A DNA stretch of 61,424 nt, from assembly GCA_938091905.1 (NCBI GenBank), contig CALKOM010000036.1, positions 1-61,424 on the forward strand, given 5' to 3'. The DNA is from an uncultured Verrucomicrobiales bacterium. GTDB lineage: Bacteria; Verrucomicrobiota; Verrucomicrobiia; Verrucomicrobiales; DEV007. A program made the position numbers and the translations under genes. Under the pieces are notes generated by a model. It was given only the letters and a program-made list of their open reading frames with translations. It ran no database searches and was not told the DNA's origin. Positions 58,929 through 61,424 of the stretch are shown piece by piece. Numbering within the stretch: the stretch's first letter is position 1; each line of letters opens with the position of its first letter.

Positions 58929-60716
58929 ATGAGGAGTCTTCTGCTACTGTTTGGTTGCCTGGTGCTTTCGGTCACGTCTGCCGTGTCCGAACTGCGTGTG
59001 TCTAATATCTTTGGGGATCACATGGTCATCCAACGAGATCAGCCAATTCGCGTTTGGGGTTGGGCAGAACCGGGAGCTTCCGTTAGAGTAATCTTTGCCT
59101 CGCGAGATCTCACCGTGAAAGCAGATAGAGACGGAGCGTGGTCTGTTGAGCTGGAAGGGCTGTCGGCTAGTAGTCAGCCGCATCATCTGGCTGTCACATC
59201 GGCCAAAGAAAGTGTGAATTATGACGGGATTCTTCTCGGAGATGTTTGGGTGTTAGGAGGGCAGAGTAACATGGAAGACGTCTTAGAAGACATCTACCAT
59301 GGTGATGCCGAGGTGGCGGCGGCGAACTACCCTAAGATCCGTCTCATGACGATCCCCCAGGCTGCGGCGCAGGAGCCCTTGCCTGACATTGCGCGGCTAA
59401 ACGAATTCAACGCGTGGACAAATCGCTACGAGCAGAAGGGAAGTTGGTCTGCGTGTACCCCGAAATCGGTAAGGCGCTTCTCAGCTATTGGTTATATCTT
59501 CGGACGGCGTCTACACCAGGTGTCTGGCATTCCGATCGGATTGATCGATGCCTCGTGGGGCGGCACGACCGCCGAGGCATGGACGTCGAGGGCAACGTTG
59601 TCGTCCATGCCAGAGGCGGAGCCCCTGTTGGATGAGTGGGAATCCAAGGTGAAGGCCTACGACGCTGAAGCAAGCTTGCAACGGCGGATTGAAAATTGGA
59701 AGCGGGATACGGAACGTCGAAAGAAAGAAGGCAAGAAACCGAATTCGAAACCAACCGAGCCGGATCAAGATCCGGCCACCAACCGTAATCATCCGGGCGG
59801 CTCATTCAATGGGATGATTGCTCCGTATGCGTCGTTGAATATCCGTGGCGCCATCTTCAATCAAGGTTATAACAATGCGCTAGGCGACGCTCGGCCTCAG
59901 CTCTATACAAAGGTTTTTCAGGCCATGATTCGAGATTGGCGCAAGGCGTTCCGCAATGAGGAGATGCCGTTTGGCATCGTTGCTCTGACTGCAGGCGGCG
60001 AGCCCCAAACTCTTGCAAACTACGAGCAGCGGCAGGTCGATGCAGGGCCGTTTATTCGCGAGGCTCACGCCAAGGCCTGGCAGGCTCTAGAGCATGTAGG
60101 CTTTGCTCCAGCCTATGATCAACAGGTGCCCTGGTATCATCCGCACAAAAAATTCGAGCTGGGCGAACGGATTGTGAGGTGGGCCTTGTTCACTTGTTAT
60201 GGTCAGGATCAGTTAGGCTGGCAGCCCGCTGTCTGTAGTGCCTGGGAAATCCAAGTTGACCACATGATTCTTAGCTTTGACCGCAACGTTCGTGTCCATG
60301 ATGGGCGCCCATTTGCGGGCTTTGCCATCGCCGGTGAGGACCAACACTTCTACCCGGCCAGAGCCGAGTTTGTTGTCGTCGGGAAGCAGGACAATGGTCG
60401 AGATAAGCTCGACGAATCCAAACTGAAGGTCTGGCATCCGCTCGTGAGATCGCCGAAGGCGGTGCGCTATGCTTGGGCTCGCAACCCCATTGGGAATGCG
60501 GTCAACAGTCGGCACCATGAGCGGACGATTCCAGTGGTGTCCTTCCGCACAGACACCTGGGACTGGCCAGAGGCGCCCTTTGGTGAACGCGGTTCTGAAG
60601 CCTCCCGGGCCCATCGCCAGAAGATCAACGCGATGCGACAGCAAGCGCGAGAATGGGCCGAAGAACGTCCTCTTGGTGAAGCGAAGGCGTTGCTAGAGAC
60701 TGCGAAGACAGAGTAG
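58929..60716 (+). CDS. Sialate O-acetylesterase (SASA) family protein
   Basis: FGDHMVIQRD.PIRVWG, GDVWVLGGQSNM, PIGLI..SWGGT..EAW, HPHKK, VRYAW. Confidence 0.9.
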   Translation: MRSLLLLFGCLVLSVTSAVSELRVSNIFGDHMVIQRDQPIRVWGWAEPGASVRVIFASRDLTVKADRDGAWSVELEGLSASSQPHHLAVTSAKESVNYDGILLGDVWVLGGQSNMEDVLEDIYHGDAEVAAANYPKIRLMTIPQAAAQEPLPDIARLNEFNAWTNRYEQKGSWSACTPKSVRRFSAIGYIFGRRLHQVSGIPIGLIDASWGGTTAEAWTSRATLSSMPEAEPLLDEWESKVKAYDAEASLQRRIENWKRDTERRKKEGKKPNSKPTEPDQDPATNRNHPGGSFNGMIAPYASLNIRGAIFNQGYNNALGDARPQLYTKVFQAMIRDWRKAFRNEEMPFGIVALTAGGEPQTLANYEQRQVDAGPFIREAHAKAWQALEHVGFAPAYDQQVPWYHPHKKFELGERIVRWALFTCYGQDQLGWQPAVCSAWEIQVDHMILSFDRNVRVHDGRPFAGFAIAGEDQHFYPARAEFVVVGKQDNGRDKLDESKLKVWHPLVRSPKAVRYAWARNPIGNAVNSRHHERTIPVVSFRTDTWDWPEAPFGERGSEASRAHRQKINAMRQQAREWAEERPLGEAKALLETAKTE

Positions 60717-60798
60717 TTCTGCTTTGTGATCTTGACTTGTTGGCGGGAAGAGTTCGTATCTAACGATCACCTATGATTACGAACAGGCGCTCCATGAG

Positions 60799-60845
60799 GT
60801 AGCATGGGCATCCTGCCCGTGGCTCCGGTAGGATGCCGGAGCTAC
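60799..60845. repeat. Inverted pair of GTAG-type REP-like palindromes
   Basis: GTAG-CATGGGC-ATCCT-GCCCGTG on + and GTAG-CTCCGGC-ATCCT-ACCGGAG on -, pointing towards each other. Confidence 0.65.
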
Positions 60846-60873
60846 ATCAACTAGAATCTTCACAGAGTAGAGG

Positions 60874-61170
60874 TGTAGCACCTGTCGAGTTCGGCTGCGT
60901 GAAGACTCGCCAGTCGGCATTTGTCCTCGGTGTCTCTTTGAGCAAGCAATGGCACCTACCGAATCGGTCGAAGGCTCGCCGAGTCATGAAGTTCCGGCGG
61001 TAGCCCTGGTCCAACAGGTTTCCGGAGCCTGAGATTGTTGAGCTGATTGGTCGTGGCGGCAGGGGAGCGGTCTTCAAGGCACGACAGCGGTCTTCAAGGC
61101 ACGACAGCTGAACCTGGAAAGGTTGGTGGTGGTGAAGACACTTCCTCAAAAACTCGCTAATCGATCAGGC
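60874..61170 (+). pseudogene. Ser/Thr protein kinase 5' fragment, interrupted by IS30
   Basis: CSTC...GICPRCL leader; FPEPEIVELIGRGGRGAVFKARQ / LNLERLVVVKTLP; frameshifts; truncated at the IS end. Confidence 0.8.
61066..61108 (+). repeat. 20-bp tandem duplication
   Basis: AGCGGTCTTCAAGGCACGAC twice, plus AGC. Confidence 0.95.
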
Positions 61171-61424
61171 GTGGATTCAAATTGCTAGCGCACAAGTGAA
61201 GTCGGCAGAGACGTGGCCATGTGGTAGAGCATCGCTCAACTACTAAACCAAACAATGCCAACCACTTACCGACGCCTCTGCCAAGGAGACCGAGATACCA
61301 TTTACAGGCTGCTTCAGCAAGGGCGCAGTCAGACCGAGATTGCCAAGTTGATAGGGTTCTGCTCGAGCACGATCAGCAGAGAACTGAAGCGAAACACCGG
61401 AGGCTGCGGGTATCGCCCGAAGCA
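61171..61424 (+). mobile_element. IS30-family insertion sequence, left end (partial)
   Basis: Terminus GTGGATTCAAATTGCTAGCGCAC resembles IS30-family inverted repeats; transposase follows. Boundary is +/- a few bases. Confidence 0.8.
61255..61424 (+). CDS. IS30-family transposase, N-terminal HTH (partial)
   Basis: MPTTYRRLCQGDRDTIYRLLQQGRSQTEIAKLIGFCSSTISRELKRNTGGCGYRPK. Confidence 0.88.
   Translation, partial: MPTTYRRLCQGDRDTIYRLLQQGRSQTEIAKLIGFCSSTISRELKRNTGGCGYRPK

Noticed and set aside
1..61424. CRISPR arrays, tRNA/rRNA, retron or DGR reverse transcriptase, prophage genes
   Set aside because: No repeat-spacer periodicity, cloverleaf motifs, RT motifs or phage genes seen by eye; a covariance-model scan would be needed to exclude small ncRNAs.

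Overview
A ~55% GC bacterial chromosomal segment. Gene content points to a marine Verrucomicrobiota/PVC organism: many Cys-type sulfatases, PVC-type heme-c/propeller proteins, planctomycete cytochrome/DUF1552 remnants and a Cys-rich-leader Ser/Thr kinase. Housekeeping genes include asd, ispA, rsuA, an RsmC-like methyltransferase, rho, dgt, mgtE, an Hsp70 paralog and an Lhr-type helicase. They are mixed with secreted and polysaccharide-processing genes and about ten degraded genes. No rRNA, tRNA or CRISPR array was seen. Best leads: (i) a class-I release-factor/ArfB-like protein whose GGQ loop and basic tail are replaced in an otherwise intact ORF, coupled to a DedA gene; (ii) a 7.2-kb sulfatase-rich segment bounded by a 24-bp direct repeat (48315/55507); (iii) a four-PDZ HtrA protease followed by a catalytically degenerate trypsin-fold partner; (iv) a Rho with a ~205-aa low-complexity N-terminal extension, divergent from a small basic protein; (v) a sulfatase-lactonase fusion; (vi) an XRE regulator with an unrecognised C-terminal domain. 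An IS30 element starts at the right edge, inside a kinase pseudogene, next to a GTAG-type REP doublet. All family calls rest on motifs recognised by eye; no database searches were run.
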